Below are positions 1-9,077 of a DNA stretch of 49,487 bases, one piece after another. The first letter of the stretch is position 1. Each line of letters opens with the position of its first letter. The notes beneath the pieces were generated by a model. That model saw only the letters and a program-made list of their open reading frames with translations, searched no databases and was not told the origin of the DNA. Both the position numbers and the translations under genes were made by a program. The DNA comes from Chloroflexota bacterium. Lineage in GTDB: Bacteria > Chloroflexota > Chloroflexia > QHBQ01. Where the stretch lies: assembly GCA_043754535.1 (NCBI GenBank), contig JAYUUN010000036.1, positions 1-49,487 on the forward strand. The letters run 5' to 3'.

Positions 1-149
1 ATATTGGAGTAGGGACGGGTCACTTTGAGGGCGGCCAGTTCGGTCTTGACCAGTTCGGCAATGACGTTTAGCTGATGGGGCAGGTCACGCTGTAGCTGGA
101 GCAGCGGCTCCAACTCATCGAGGGTAGCCATCAGGCTGGTCGTACTCAC
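1..149 (-). CDS. Possible 5' end of a hypothetical gene running off the left edge
   Basis: Open frame from GTG at 149 (or ATG at 131) to the window edge: STTSLMATLDELEPLLQLQRDLPHQLNVIAELVKTELAALKV; no family recognised. Confidence 0.3.
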   Translation of the reverse strand, partial: MSTTSLMATLDELEPLLQLQRDLPHQLNVIAELVKTELAALKVTRPYSN

Positions 150-393
150 GCTTTCGGCGTAGCCCACGCATGGGCCTCGGCGTTGCCGCTATCAAACGCT
201 GCTGACAAGCTGCGGCAGGAACGAGGGTGGGAAATGATAATAGATGTGTGTGATAAGAGCAGAGACGCTTGACATCTTGTTTCACGAGGATGCTAAAATT
301 AAGCCTAATTACCGCGACCACCGCCCAACCGTAACTCGCCCTGACCATGCTCCACACTAACAAACTCGTGTAGAGCCGCCTTCGCTTTGGGAG

Positions 394-651
394 CTATTTG
401 TGCGCCCTTCTTGCCAAACTTACGACTAGCTTGGTGGGCAGGCCAACAAAGATCAGGATTATGACGATGAGGCCGAGTACCGACATAAACACGTCTTTGT
501 TGTGCGGTGCAAGGCCCGCCACGTAGTTGGTCAGTTTACCCGCTTCGGTAAAGGCTACAAACCAATGGACAAACAGGAAGCTGACGAGCAGGATGCCAAA
601 CCAGATAGTTAGCTGACGGGCTGGGGAGTAGTTGGTGGACGGTGTGAACAA
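394..651 (-). CDS. Small two-TM membrane protein, hypothetical (start uncertain)
   Basis: Two hydrophobic segments (IWFGILLVSFLFVHWFVAF; VFMSVLGLIVIILIFVGL); co-oriented downstream of the RHS locus. Confidence 0.5.
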   Translation of the reverse strand: MFTPSTNYSPARQLTIWFGILLVSFLFVHWFVAFTEAGKLTNYVAGLAPHNKDVFMSVLGLIVIILIFVGLPTKLVVSLARRAHK

Positions 652-790
652 GCCAAGTGGGATTGTCGCTCAGGCTTATGTACAGCGCGCGCAGTTGTGC
701 GAGGGTAGGCCCGCAGTAACAGCCTGCGCCCAAGATGAAGCCTGCTCGTTGGTTAGCTTGATTGGAGGGCGGTTGCTGTTTGGCATGAGG

Positions 791-1531
791 TTAGATCGGC
801 AGCAAGCCTTCGCGCAGGTAGTCTAGCATCTCGGTGGGGCGCAGTTCTTCTGGCACGTTGGCGAAGCCAGGGAAGCCGCCCCATGCGAAGCTACGACGCA
901 GGTACCGGACAAAGAACTCTGAACGAACCATCTGACTGCTCGTAGGAGATTGGTTTATTTCGGCATCAAATCCTACAGATGGTATTATCATAGAGTCACC
1001 ACAATCAATATTACAATCGCCTGCTCTTTGGCCTATGTTGTCAGATATGTGGATGTGGAAATGAGCGACATTAAGGACCTCCTCTCCAAACCCTTGCTCT
1101 ACTACTTGCGCCTGCATACTAAGCACCTGAAGTGGCTCAGTTAGAACTAGTGGCTTTGTATCATCATCATCGCAATTGATATCGTATCCTGTGACGCGCC
1201 AGTCAGGGTGGGTACCACGCAAATCGGCCATGTCAATTTGCTCGTAAAACGCTAGAAGAGAGATGGGGAGGGTTTGTAGCATAACACTGCTATCCAACCA
1301 TTTTCTGCTACTACGTGTTATACTAGGAAGTGCAGCAAATCGGTACCCCACTTGCTCCAACCTATGTACAAGCGTCTCTATGTTGTGTGCTGAGCGGCTA
1401 GCTATTTCTCTGGCTACCGTCAGCGCATTTTGATAATAGTAGTCATCAAACACCCTGATGCCTATGGACACAAGAGTGTACCAATCTTCAAAGTACCTGT
1501 TATTGCTGTGCAGGTCAGAGTACAAGCTCAT
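791..1531 (-). CDS. Candidate immunity protein of the RHS toxin (246 aa)
   Basis: Directly downstream of the toxin gene, same low GC; GGAGAG RBS before ATG at 1531; LPISLLAFYE and FFVRYLRRSFAWGGFPG loosely recall SMI1/KNR4 (SUKH)-type proteins. Confidence 0.6.
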   Translation of the reverse strand: MSLYSDLHSNNRYFEDWYTLVSIGIRVFDDYYYQNALTVAREIASRSAHNIETLVHRLEQVGYRFAALPSITRSSRKWLDSSVMLQTLPISLLAFYEQIDMADLRGTHPDWRVTGYDINCDDDDTKPLVLTEPLQVLSMQAQVVEQGFGEEVLNVAHFHIHISDNIGQRAGDCNIDCGDSMIIPSVGFDAEINQSPTSSQMVRSEFFVRYLRRSFAWGGFPGFANVPEELRPTEMLDYLREGLLPI

Positions 1532-1658
1532 GGTTCTCTCCAAATGAACGTCACGTCTGTATGGCTTTATCAACAGATAGATTACGATTTCCTCTAAGCC
1601 TCTTAGTCGGTAAGCAGAACAAAGGAGCCTTCTTCTCACTGCGATCAGTTAGGTTTGC

Positions 1659-3893
1659 TTACTCCTCTAATGGTATGTAAGGCTCAGCTATAACCATTGG
1701 TACTCCAGGTCTGGGTTGATACATCAAAGTGGCTCCTTTCTGAAAGAATATAGAACACTGGAAATCTTGTCTACCTGCGCTGTTGTCATTGTCGCACAAG
1801 TTACGACTAACACCTATGCCCCAAAACGTTCCAAGGCCCATGTTAGCCTCCTGTGGTATAGCTCCAAAGTACTTGAGATACAAAAGAACTTCAGCGTGAA
1901 TTGACCACTCCCAACTGGGAGGCACCTCACCGAAGAACCAATCATCACCATCTGTGAACTCACCTCCAAGTGCAGCTTCTACATACCACCGTATTTTCTC
2001 TTTGTACTCTCGACAATGAATGCCATTCGCAGCCACAATGGGATGAAATGGAACGACACCTCTATAGCCATGTGGAACAATAGCAGGGCTCCCTATCGCA
2101 CTGTAGGCTATCACTAGTGGAATGCCCATTCTCATTTCCGTACATCCTCCGCTCGTAAACTCAGGGAAGTTTAGCTGAACCAGCACCTTGAGAGCAAAAG
2201 CCATGAAAGTGTACGTGTCACCTGCTAGGAGGTTACGCTCGAGCTGACCTTCATAGCTAAGGCCTTCAATATTCCTAATTGTGACTTCGCTTAGATGCAA
2301 AGCTCCTTCTACAAACAAATTACCACTTGGATCGTACCTAGTGACAGGGTTCCCTGCAACGTACCCATACCGATTAAGCTCAACCGGGTTCTCAAAGTTG
2401 TACCCAGCCTTGTCGCGGCTGAGGAACTGCCCCTGCGTGCTATTATAATACCGCGCCCGCAGATTGTAAAGTCCCGTTGCCTGGTCGTACTGCTGGCCCT
2501 TGTAGCGGTAGGCGTTCTGGGTGCTACTCACGCTGCTTGCCCGCAGGCTGCCGTATGCATCGTAGTTGTAGCGGTCGCTGGTCAGGTTGCCGCTGCTGCC
2601 AGCCAGGGTGCGGATGTTGCCCAGGCCGTCGGGCAGATAGTAGTTGGTTAGGCTGCCGCTCGTCACTGATAGCCGCTGCCCACCAGCCAGCAGGTAGCTG
2701 GTTGTGCTGCCGCCACTCTGCTCCAACGCCACCTCGCCGTAGCCCTGCTCGTCCCACAGATAGTTGGTCGTGCTGCCGTCCACCGTTTGCTGCACACGGT
2801 GGCCCTCCGCATCGTAGCCGTAGCTGACGCTGTGGCCTGGTACGCTCGCCCCCACCATGCGGTTGGCGTAGTCGTAGCTGTAGCTCGTCGTGTTGCCCCC
2901 ATCCACCGTCTGGTAGAGGTTGCCACGTGCGTCGTAGTTCTGGTAGACGTAGGTACTGTTCGGGTTGGTGATTACTGTCAACTGATCCAGCCGGTTGTAG
3001 CCGTAGCTCGTGGTGCTGCCGTTCGTGGTCACGCTCAGGCGGTTGCCAGTCGGCGCGTAGAGGTAGCTGGTGGTCGTCTGGGTAACAGCACTGCTGTCTA
3101 GCTGCGCTTCCAGGGCTAGTCGCTGCCCCGCATTGTACTGCCAGCGCGTGTACCCCGCCTGCCCCCCGACCCACTCCTGCGCCTGCGTCTTGTTGCCATT
3201 AAGGTCGAGGGTGTAGCTGTAGGCAGTTAGCGGCCCAAACGGGCTGTCCTGGTGCAGGTTGGTCAGACGGCTCAGCCCGTCGTAGCTGTAGTTGGTGGTC
3301 AGCGCGTTGGGCAGGGTTAGCTGCTGCAAGCGACCTGCCCCGTCGTAGCTGTAGCGAGCCACTCCCTGGGTGCCAGTGACCACCGCTAGCTGGTTGTCGG
3401 CGTTGTAGGCGTAGCTGGTGGGATAGTTGTTGCCTGCGTTGGTCAGGGTCATCACCGTACGCTTGCCCATCGCGTCGTAGGCGTAAGCCACGCTCTGCCC
3501 ACCGCCTGGCTGGGTAATCCTGGTCAGCCGCCCCTGCGCGTCGTAGTCATAGTGGACATTGCCCCGTCCGCCCAGTTCTTGCGGCTCTGGCAGCCCAGGC
3601 TGTCGTAGCCGAAGGTAGTCGTGGGTGGCGCACCATTTAGTGTCCACGCGCTGTCGGGCAGTATCAACCGGGTAGGTGCTTGACCTGCTTGATTGATTCG
3701 CGCCAACCCCAAAGAGCCAGCCATCATCGGCATAGATGGTGAAGGTAATATCCTGGCTACCAGTGACGATGAACGCGCCAGTGAAGGCAGCATCAAAGCT
3801 CAACATATTGTTGCTGTTGTTCAATCCCGGAATGTAGCCATTGCCCTCAGCCCTAATGAAACCAGCATAGTTGTTGTTCTGGTCAGTCACCAC
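1659..3893 (-). CDS. Truncated RHS/YD-repeat polymorphic toxin with C-terminal predicted Zn-dependent deaminase
   Basis: Many YD repeats; RHS core end YRYKGQQYDQATGLYNLRARYY...NPVTRYDPSG; ~220-aa AT-rich C-terminus with HAE and GVSRNLC-x12-C; N-terminus is a PA14-like fragment (TIYADDGW). Confidence 0.85.
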   Translation of the reverse strand: MVTDQNNNYAGFIRAEGNGYIPGLNNSNNMLSFDAAFTGAFIVTGSQDITFTIYADDGWLFGVGANQSSRSSTYPVDTARQRVDTKWCATHDYLRLRQPGLPEPQELGGRGNVHYDYDAQGRLTRITQPGGGQSVAYAYDAMGKRTVMTLTNAGNNYPTSYAYNADNQLAVVTGTQGVARYSYDGAGRLQQLTLPNALTTNYSYDGLSRLTNLHQDSPFGPLTAYSYTLDLNGNKTQAQEWVGGQAGYTRWQYNAGQRLALEAQLDSSAVTQTTTSYLYAPTGNRLSVTTNGSTTSYGYNRLDQLTVITNPNSTYVYQNYDARGNLYQTVDGGNTTSYSYDYANRMVGASVPGHSVSYGYDAEGHRVQQTVDGSTTNYLWDEQGYGEVALEQSGGSTTSYLLAGGQRLSVTSGSLTNYYLPDGLGNIRTLAGSSGNLTSDRYNYDAYGSLRASSVSSTQNAYRYKGQQYDQATGLYNLRARYYNSTQGQFLSRDKAGYNFENPVELNRYGYVAGNPVTRYDPSGNLFVEGALHLSEVTIRNIEGLSYEGQLERNLLAGDTYTFMAFALKVLVQLNFPEFTSGGCTEMRMGIPLVIAYSAIGSPAIVPHGYRGVVPFHPIVAANGIHCREYKEKIRWYVEAALGGEFTDGDDWFFGEVPPSWEWSIHAEVLLYLKYFGAIPQEANMGLGTFWGIGVSRNLCDNDNSAGRQDFQCSIFFQKGATLMYQPRPGVPMVIAEPYIPLEE

Positions 3894-4092
3894 ATCTCCA
3901 AACTGGCTATCTTCGCTAGGTAGTAGTTGTAGAGATCAACGTCAAGGTGCGACGTTGGGCCATTAGCTAGCTCCTTCTGGTGGTTGGAGCGATTCTGACA
4001 ATCACCGATCTTGGTTGTCGAAATCATTAGGATTAGCCCCTATACTAATATGCAAGACAAACCCACCCTGCGGCTGCCCGCCCAACGGAGGG

Positions 4093-4101
4093 TGGTATAA
4101 T
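4093..4101 (+). promoter_or_regulatory. Extended -10 promoter for the REC-TrxB/kinase operon
   Basis: TGGTATAAT about 70 nt upstream of ATG 4172. Confidence 0.55.
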
Positions 4102-4171
4102 ATGTGCAAGGTAACAGACATTGCAAGCCCCTTTGCCAGCGGGGGCTTTGCCGCAAAAGGGGGATGGAAAG

Positions 4172-5830
4172 ATGGCGAAACCAGCTATCATGGTAGTAGA
4201 TGACGACGCGGAGGTGCTGCGTGCGTTGGAGCGCGACCTGCGCCGCGAGTACGGTAGCCGCTTCCGCGTGCTACGGGCAGACAGTGGGGCGGCGGCTTTG
4301 GAGGCACTTAAGCAGCTTGAGCAGCGTAACGAACCACTAGCTCTGATCCTCTCTGACCAGCGGATGCCACAGATGAGCGGGGTGGAGTTCCTTGCCCAGG
4401 CACGGGAACTGTTCCCCGGCACCCGCTCGGCCCTGCTCACCGCCTACGCCGATAGCGAAGCGGCAGTGCAGGCGATCAACCAGGCCCACACTAACTACTA
4501 CCTGCTCAAGCCCTGGGATCCGCCAGAGGAGAAACTCTACCCTGCGATCAACGACCTGCTGGACGACTGGTTGGCAGGCTACCGCCCGCCCTACGAGGGT
4601 ATCCAGGTGATCGGCCAACGCTGGTCGCCAGCCGCCCACGAGGTCAAGGACTTCCTGGCCCGCAACCAGGTTCCTTACCGTGCGCTAGACATCGAGAGCG
4701 ACCAGCAGGCCGCGCGCCTGCTCGCAACTCTTGGTCTGGACAAGCCGCAACTGCCGGTAGTGGTCTTTGCCGACGGCAGCCACCTTGAGCAGCCCGAACT
4801 CAGTAAGCTGGCAGAGAAGGTCGGTCTGCAAACCCAGGCCAGTCTACCTTTCTACGACTTCGTGATCGTCGGGGCTGGGCCTGCGGGTCTAGCCGCTGCC
4901 GTTTATGGAGCGTCCGAGGGGCTGCATACCGTGCTGATCGAGCGTGAGGCACCAGGCGGGCAGGCGGGGACAAGTTCGCTGATCGAAAACTATCTGGGCT
5001 TTCCCAGTGGGGTCAGCGGGGCCGATCTCGCCCGCCGCTCTCTCACCCAGGCTCGCAAGTTCGGGGTTGAGGTGCTAGCCCCTCAAGAGGTGAAGGCGAT
5101 CAAGATTAAAGATCAGTACCGCGTCCTTACCTTTGCTGACGGAGGCGAAATTAGCTGCCACGCCATGCTGATCGCCAGCGGAGTCGCGTGGCGTAAGCTG
5201 GATGTGCCGGGCATCGAGCGGCTGACGGGCGCGGGGGTGTACTACGGAGCAGCGACAACCGAAGCCATCTCCTGTCAGGACAACGATGTGTTCATCGTTG
5301 GCGGCGCGAACTCGGCAGGGCAGGCAGCGATCTTCTTCGCCAACTACGCTCGTAGTGTCACCCTGATCGTGCGCGGCGACTCGTTGGAGAAGGGTATGTC
5401 GCAATACCTGGTTGACCACATCGGCAAGACGGAGAAGATTCACGTAAGGCTCAATAGCAATGTAGTAGAGGTACAGGGTGAAGACTACCTCAACTGTATC
5501 ATCCTTGAAGGCGAGGGGGGCAAGCGGGAGAAGCTGACGGCCACTGCCCTATTCATCTTCATTGGGGCCGAGCCACGCACCGAGTGGCTGCGCGACAGCA
5601 TCGCCCTCGACGATAAGGGCTTCATCCTCTCTGGCTCCGACCTGGCCGTACAAGGGAGCCGCCCGCTGGACTGGAAGCTCGACCGCGATCCCTTCCTGCT
5701 CGAAACCTGCATCCCCGGCGTGTTCGTGGCGGGCGACGTGCGACACGGCTCGATCAAGCGCGTCGCTTCGGCAGTCGGCGAAGGCAGCATTGCGGTGCAA
5801 TTCATCCACCAATATCTCAGCAAGTTGTAG
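4172..5830 (+). CDS. Response-regulator receiver fused to a thioredoxin-reductase-like FAD/NAD(P) oxidoreductase
   Basis: REC (VVDDD, SDQRMP, LTAY, KPW), glutaredoxin-like middle domain, GAGPAG, GGANSAG, FVAGDVR; start moved to MAKPAIM. Confidence 0.9.
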   Translation: MAKPAIMVVDDDAEVLRALERDLRREYGSRFRVLRADSGAAALEALKQLEQRNEPLALILSDQRMPQMSGVEFLAQARELFPGTRSALLTAYADSEAAVQAINQAHTNYYLLKPWDPPEEKLYPAINDLLDDWLAGYRPPYEGIQVIGQRWSPAAHEVKDFLARNQVPYRALDIESDQQAARLLATLGLDKPQLPVVVFADGSHLEQPELSKLAEKVGLQTQASLPFYDFVIVGAGPAGLAAAVYGASEGLHTVLIEREAPGGQAGTSSLIENYLGFPSGVSGADLARRSLTQARKFGVEVLAPQEVKAIKIKDQYRVLTFADGGEISCHAMLIASGVAWRKLDVPGIERLTGAGVYYGAATTEAISCQDNDVFIVGGANSAGQAAIFFANYARSVTLIVRGDSLEKGMSQYLVDHIGKTEKIHVRLNSNVVEVQGEDYLNCIILEGEGGKREKLTATALFIFIGAEPRTEWLRDSIALDDKGFILSGSDLAVQGSRPLDWKLDRDPFLLETCIPGVFVAGDVRHGSIKRVASAVGEGSIAVQFIHQYLSKL

Positions 5831-5845
5831 GTAGGAGGTTAGCAG

Positions 5846-7240
5846 ATGGTCGGCATAGAGGACATCCGAGACATCCCCCTCTTTGCGGGGCTGGACGAGG
5901 CGCAACTGGGCTGGATAGTTAGCCACAGCACGGAGTGCGAACTGAAGGCGGGCGACTTGATGTTCAGCGAGGGACAACCCGCCGACCACTTCTTCGTCTT
6001 CCTAAGCGGGGCGGCAGAGATCACCAAGCAGGTGGGTGAGGAGCTGGTAGTGCTTGCCAGCCACACCAGGGGTGTGTTCACCGGCGAGATGCCGATCCTA
6101 CTCGATCAACCCTATGTCGCAACCAGCACCGCCACTGAGCCAACCCACCTGCTGCAACTCGACGTGGTTGCCTTCCGCGAGATGCTGGTTGTTTGTGCGC
6201 CAGTCGCCAGCGTGATGCTGCCCGCCCTGGCCCAGCGCATCCAACAGACAGATATGGCGGTGCAGCAACGTGAGAAGCTAGCGGGGCTGGGCAAAATAGC
6301 GGCGGGGCTGGCTCACGAACTGAACAACCCAGCCGCCGCCGGTCGTCGCGCCAGCGAGCAGCTAGCCGCCGCCCTTGCCAGCCTGCAAGCTAGCAGCTTC
6401 AAGCTGAGTGGCTGCGACTTGAGCGAGGCCATGCAGCAACAGCTTACCAGCTTGCAGGCTGCCGCTGCCAGCCACATCGCTACCGCCCTGCCGCTCGACA
6501 CGATCAGCCAGAGCGACCAGGAGGAGCAGTTGGCGAACTGGCTGGACGATGAGGGCTTTGGCGAGTCCTGGGATGTTGCGCCCACCTTCGTCAACGCTGG
6601 GCTAGAGATCGCCCAGCTAGCGACGGTGCGGGCAGGGGTCAGCAGCCCTGCCTTCGTTGCCGCCGTCGCTTGGCTAGCCGCCAGCCTAGAAGTGAGCAGC
6701 CTGTTGGACGTGGTGCAGAAGACGACAGGGCGGATCAGCGAACTGGTACAGGCGGTCAAGAGTTACTCCTACATGGATCAGGCACCAGTGCAGGATGTGG
6801 ATGTTAATGCTGGGTTGGAAAGCACACTGGTCATCCTCGGCCACAAGCTCAAGAGCATCAAGTTGGTGCGCGAGTATGAGCGTAGCCTACCCAGCATCTG
6901 CGCCCATGGTGGCGAACTGAACCAGGTCTGGACTAACCTGCTGGACAATGCCGCTGCCGCACTGGCTGGCAAGGGACAGATTACCATCCGCACCCGCCAC
7001 GAGAACGAGTGCCTGGTAGTAGAGATCGAGGACAATGGCCCTGGCATCCCGGCGGAGGTGCAGGCCAACATCTTCGACCCATTCTTCACCACCAAAGGGG
7101 TGGGCGAAGGCACCGGCCTCGGCCTCAGTATCGCCTACCGAATCATCACTCAGCGACACCAGGGTAGCATCAGCGTGCAGTCGCAGCCTGGCTCTACCTG
7201 CTTCCAGATTCGCCTACCCCTCCCTGACCAAGGGGGCTAA
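5846..7240 (+). CDS. Histidine kinase with N-terminal cyclic-nucleotide-binding domain
   Basis: cNMP domain ([16 protein letters not shown]), H-box AHELNNP, N-box [38 protein letters not shown]. Confidence 0.92.
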   Translation: MVGIEDIRDIPLFAGLDEAQLGWIVSHSTECELKAGDLMFSEGQPADHFFVFLSGAAEITKQVGEELVVLASHTRGVFTGEMPILLDQPYVATSTATEPTHLLQLDVVAFREMLVVCAPVASVMLPALAQRIQQTDMAVQQREKLAGLGKIAAGLAHELNNPAAAGRRASEQLAAALASLQASSFKLSGCDLSEAMQQQLTSLQAAAASHIATALPLDTISQSDQEEQLANWLDDEGFGESWDVAPTFVNAGLEIAQLATVRAGVSSPAFVAAVAWLAASLEVSSLLDVVQKTTGRISELVQAVKSYSYMDQAPVQDVDVNAGLESTLVILGHKLKSIKLVREYERSLPSICAHGGELNQVWTNLLDNAAAALAGKGQITIRTRHENECLVVEIEDNGPGIPAEVQANIFDPFFTTKGVGEGTGLGLSIAYRIITQRHQGSISVQSQPGSTCFQIRLPLPDQGG

Positions 7241-8821
7241 GGCGGTCGCTGGCTGCTCCTTCAACTGCACACCCTCGCCTTCTTCGGCCTTGCGCTTGGC
7301 TGACTTGCCGTCGATCAGCAGCCAGGCGGCGAGTGCGCTTGCCAGGGCGAGACCAGCCCCAATCAGCATCGCCAGCCGGAAGCTATCCACGAACGACTGC
7401 TTAACTGCCTGCTTGAGAGCCGCCGCCTGGGTCGCATCCAGGCCCGCTGGCACCTCTAGTGCAGCCAACCGTACCTTCTGCGCGTCAATCTGCCTGACCA
7501 CCTCTGGGCTGAGGCCGAGACCAGCCAGGCGCGTGTCCAGGCTGCCGCCAAAGGTGCTGAGGACGAAGATACCGATGATCGCAATTGCTAGCAGCCCTGC
7601 CATGCGGCTGACTGCGTTGTTGATGCCACTGGCGATGCCAGAACGGGTGCTGCTCACTGCCCCCATCACGGCGGTAGTCAGCGGGGCGACAGTGACCGCC
7701 ATGCCAAAGCCGAGGACAAGGGTGGCGGGCAGCACCGATAGCCAGTAACCACCACCCACACCGGGGATGGCAAAGAGGGCAAAACCCACCGCAGCGATGG
7801 TTGGCCCGATGATCAGCGGCAACTTTGCGCCGTAGCGGTTGATCAGCCCACCCGCCCAGCGTGAGAGGGTAAAGAGCAAAATGGTGAAGGGTAGGAAGGC
7901 AAAGCCCGCCTCGGTCGGTGAGTAACCCTGCACCTGTTGCAAGTTGAAGGGCAGGTAGTAGAGCGCGCCCCCCAGAGCAGCGTAGAGCAGCAGGGTGAGC
8001 AGGTTAGCCCCGCTGAAGGTGCGCGAACGAAAGAGGGTGAGCGGCATCATCGGGTGGGGGCTGAGTGCCTCGACCACAACAAAGCCGACCAGCAACAGCA
8101 AGCCACCGCCGATCATGCCCAGTACCAGTGGGTGGCCCAGGCCCAGGTTGCCCGACTCGATCAGCCCGTAGACGACCCCACCCAGGCCAGCGGTTGCCAG
8201 CACTGCGCCAGGGATGTCCAACGCCTGAGCCTGCTCGTCACGGCTCTCTGGCACGCGCAGGGTAGTAATCACCAGCACCGCCACCGCCAACGGGATGTTG
8301 ATGAAGAAAGCCCATCGCCAGGAGACGTGTTCGACCAGCCAGCCGCCCAGCACTGGGCCGAGGGCTGTGGTCACCGAGGTGAAACCCGACCAGGTGCCAA
8401 TCGCCTTGCCACGCTCTGCCGCCGGGTAGCTGGCACTGATGATCGCCAAACTACCGGGGACGAGCAGTGCGCCGCCAATCCCTTGCGCCGCTCGCGCCTC
8501 GATCAACTGGCTGATGTCGGGGGCGAGGCCGCACCAGACGCTGGTCGCCGCGAAGATCGCCACGCCAATGCTGAAAACTCGCTTGCGCCCGTAGTGGTCG
8601 CCCAGCGAACCGCCGACTAGGATCAGAGCGGCGAGTAGTAGAGCGTAGGACTCGACCACCCATTGCAGGTCAATCGCCGTCGCCTTCAGATCGTGCTGGA
8701 TCGTGGGCAAAGCGACGTTGACCACTGAGCCGTCAATGAAGGCCATGCTAGAGCCGAGGATCGTTGCCAACAACACCCAGGGACCACGCGCCTGAGCCTC
8801 TGCTTTTACTGTATCTGCCAT
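7214..8821 (-). CDS. DHA2-family (14-TM) MFS efflux transporter
   Basis: DGSVVNVALPTI, GSLGDHYGRKR, ARAAQGIGGA, GPVLGG motifs; convergent 27-bp overlap with the kinase gene. Confidence 0.9.
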   Translation of the reverse strand: MADTVKAEAQARGPWVLLATILGSSMAFIDGSVVNVALPTIQHDLKATAIDLQWVVESYALLLAALILVGGSLGDHYGRKRVFSIGVAIFAATSVWCGLAPDISQLIEARAAQGIGGALLVPGSLAIISASYPAAERGKAIGTWSGFTSVTTALGPVLGGWLVEHVSWRWAFFINIPLAVAVLVITTLRVPESRDEQAQALDIPGAVLATAGLGGVVYGLIESGNLGLGHPLVLGMIGGGLLLLVGFVVVEALSPHPMMPLTLFRSRTFSGANLLTLLLYAALGGALYYLPFNLQQVQGYSPTEAGFAFLPFTILLFTLSRWAGGLINRYGAKLPLIIGPTIAAVGFALFAIPGVGGGYWLSVLPATLVLGFGMAVTVAPLTTAVMGAVSSTRSGIASGINNAVSRMAGLLAIAIIGIFVLSTFGGSLDTRLAGLGLSPEVVRQIDAQKVRLAALEVPAGLDATQAAALKQAVKQSFVDSFRLAMLIGAGLALASALAAWLLIDGKSAKRKAEEGEGVQLKEQPATALAPLVREG

Positions 8822-8883
8822 CTATATAACCTCTTGGTATATGAGTATTGGGCGAGCCACTGGCTAATCAGTGGCTCCCCTTG

Positions 8884-8943
8884 ATTATAGCCTGCCTGGT
8901 CAAATGGGGGAAGTTGAAGCCGCTATGCTGGCTTTGTTATAAT
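8884..8943. promoter_or_regulatory. Divergent promoters between two MFS genes
   Basis: Minus-strand TATAAT at 8884-8889; plus-strand TTGAAG(8914)-18 bp-TATAAT(8938) with extended TG. Confidence 0.5.
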
Positions 8944-9077
8944 CCCTGTAGGCGAGTCCGCTCGCTGGCAGGTGGAAGCATGACCAAGCACAATGGGCCG
9001 CTGGCGTGGGTGGCTTTCTCCCTCACCATGTCCAGCCACTGGCCCGACTTGTGCTAAACTAGCCCGCAAGGAGACGT

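Noticed and set aside
536..786. Possible frameshifted N-terminal extension of the 394..651 membrane protein
   Set aside because: A hydrophobic stretch exists in another frame (GFILGAGCYCG), but without homologs there is no support for joining them.
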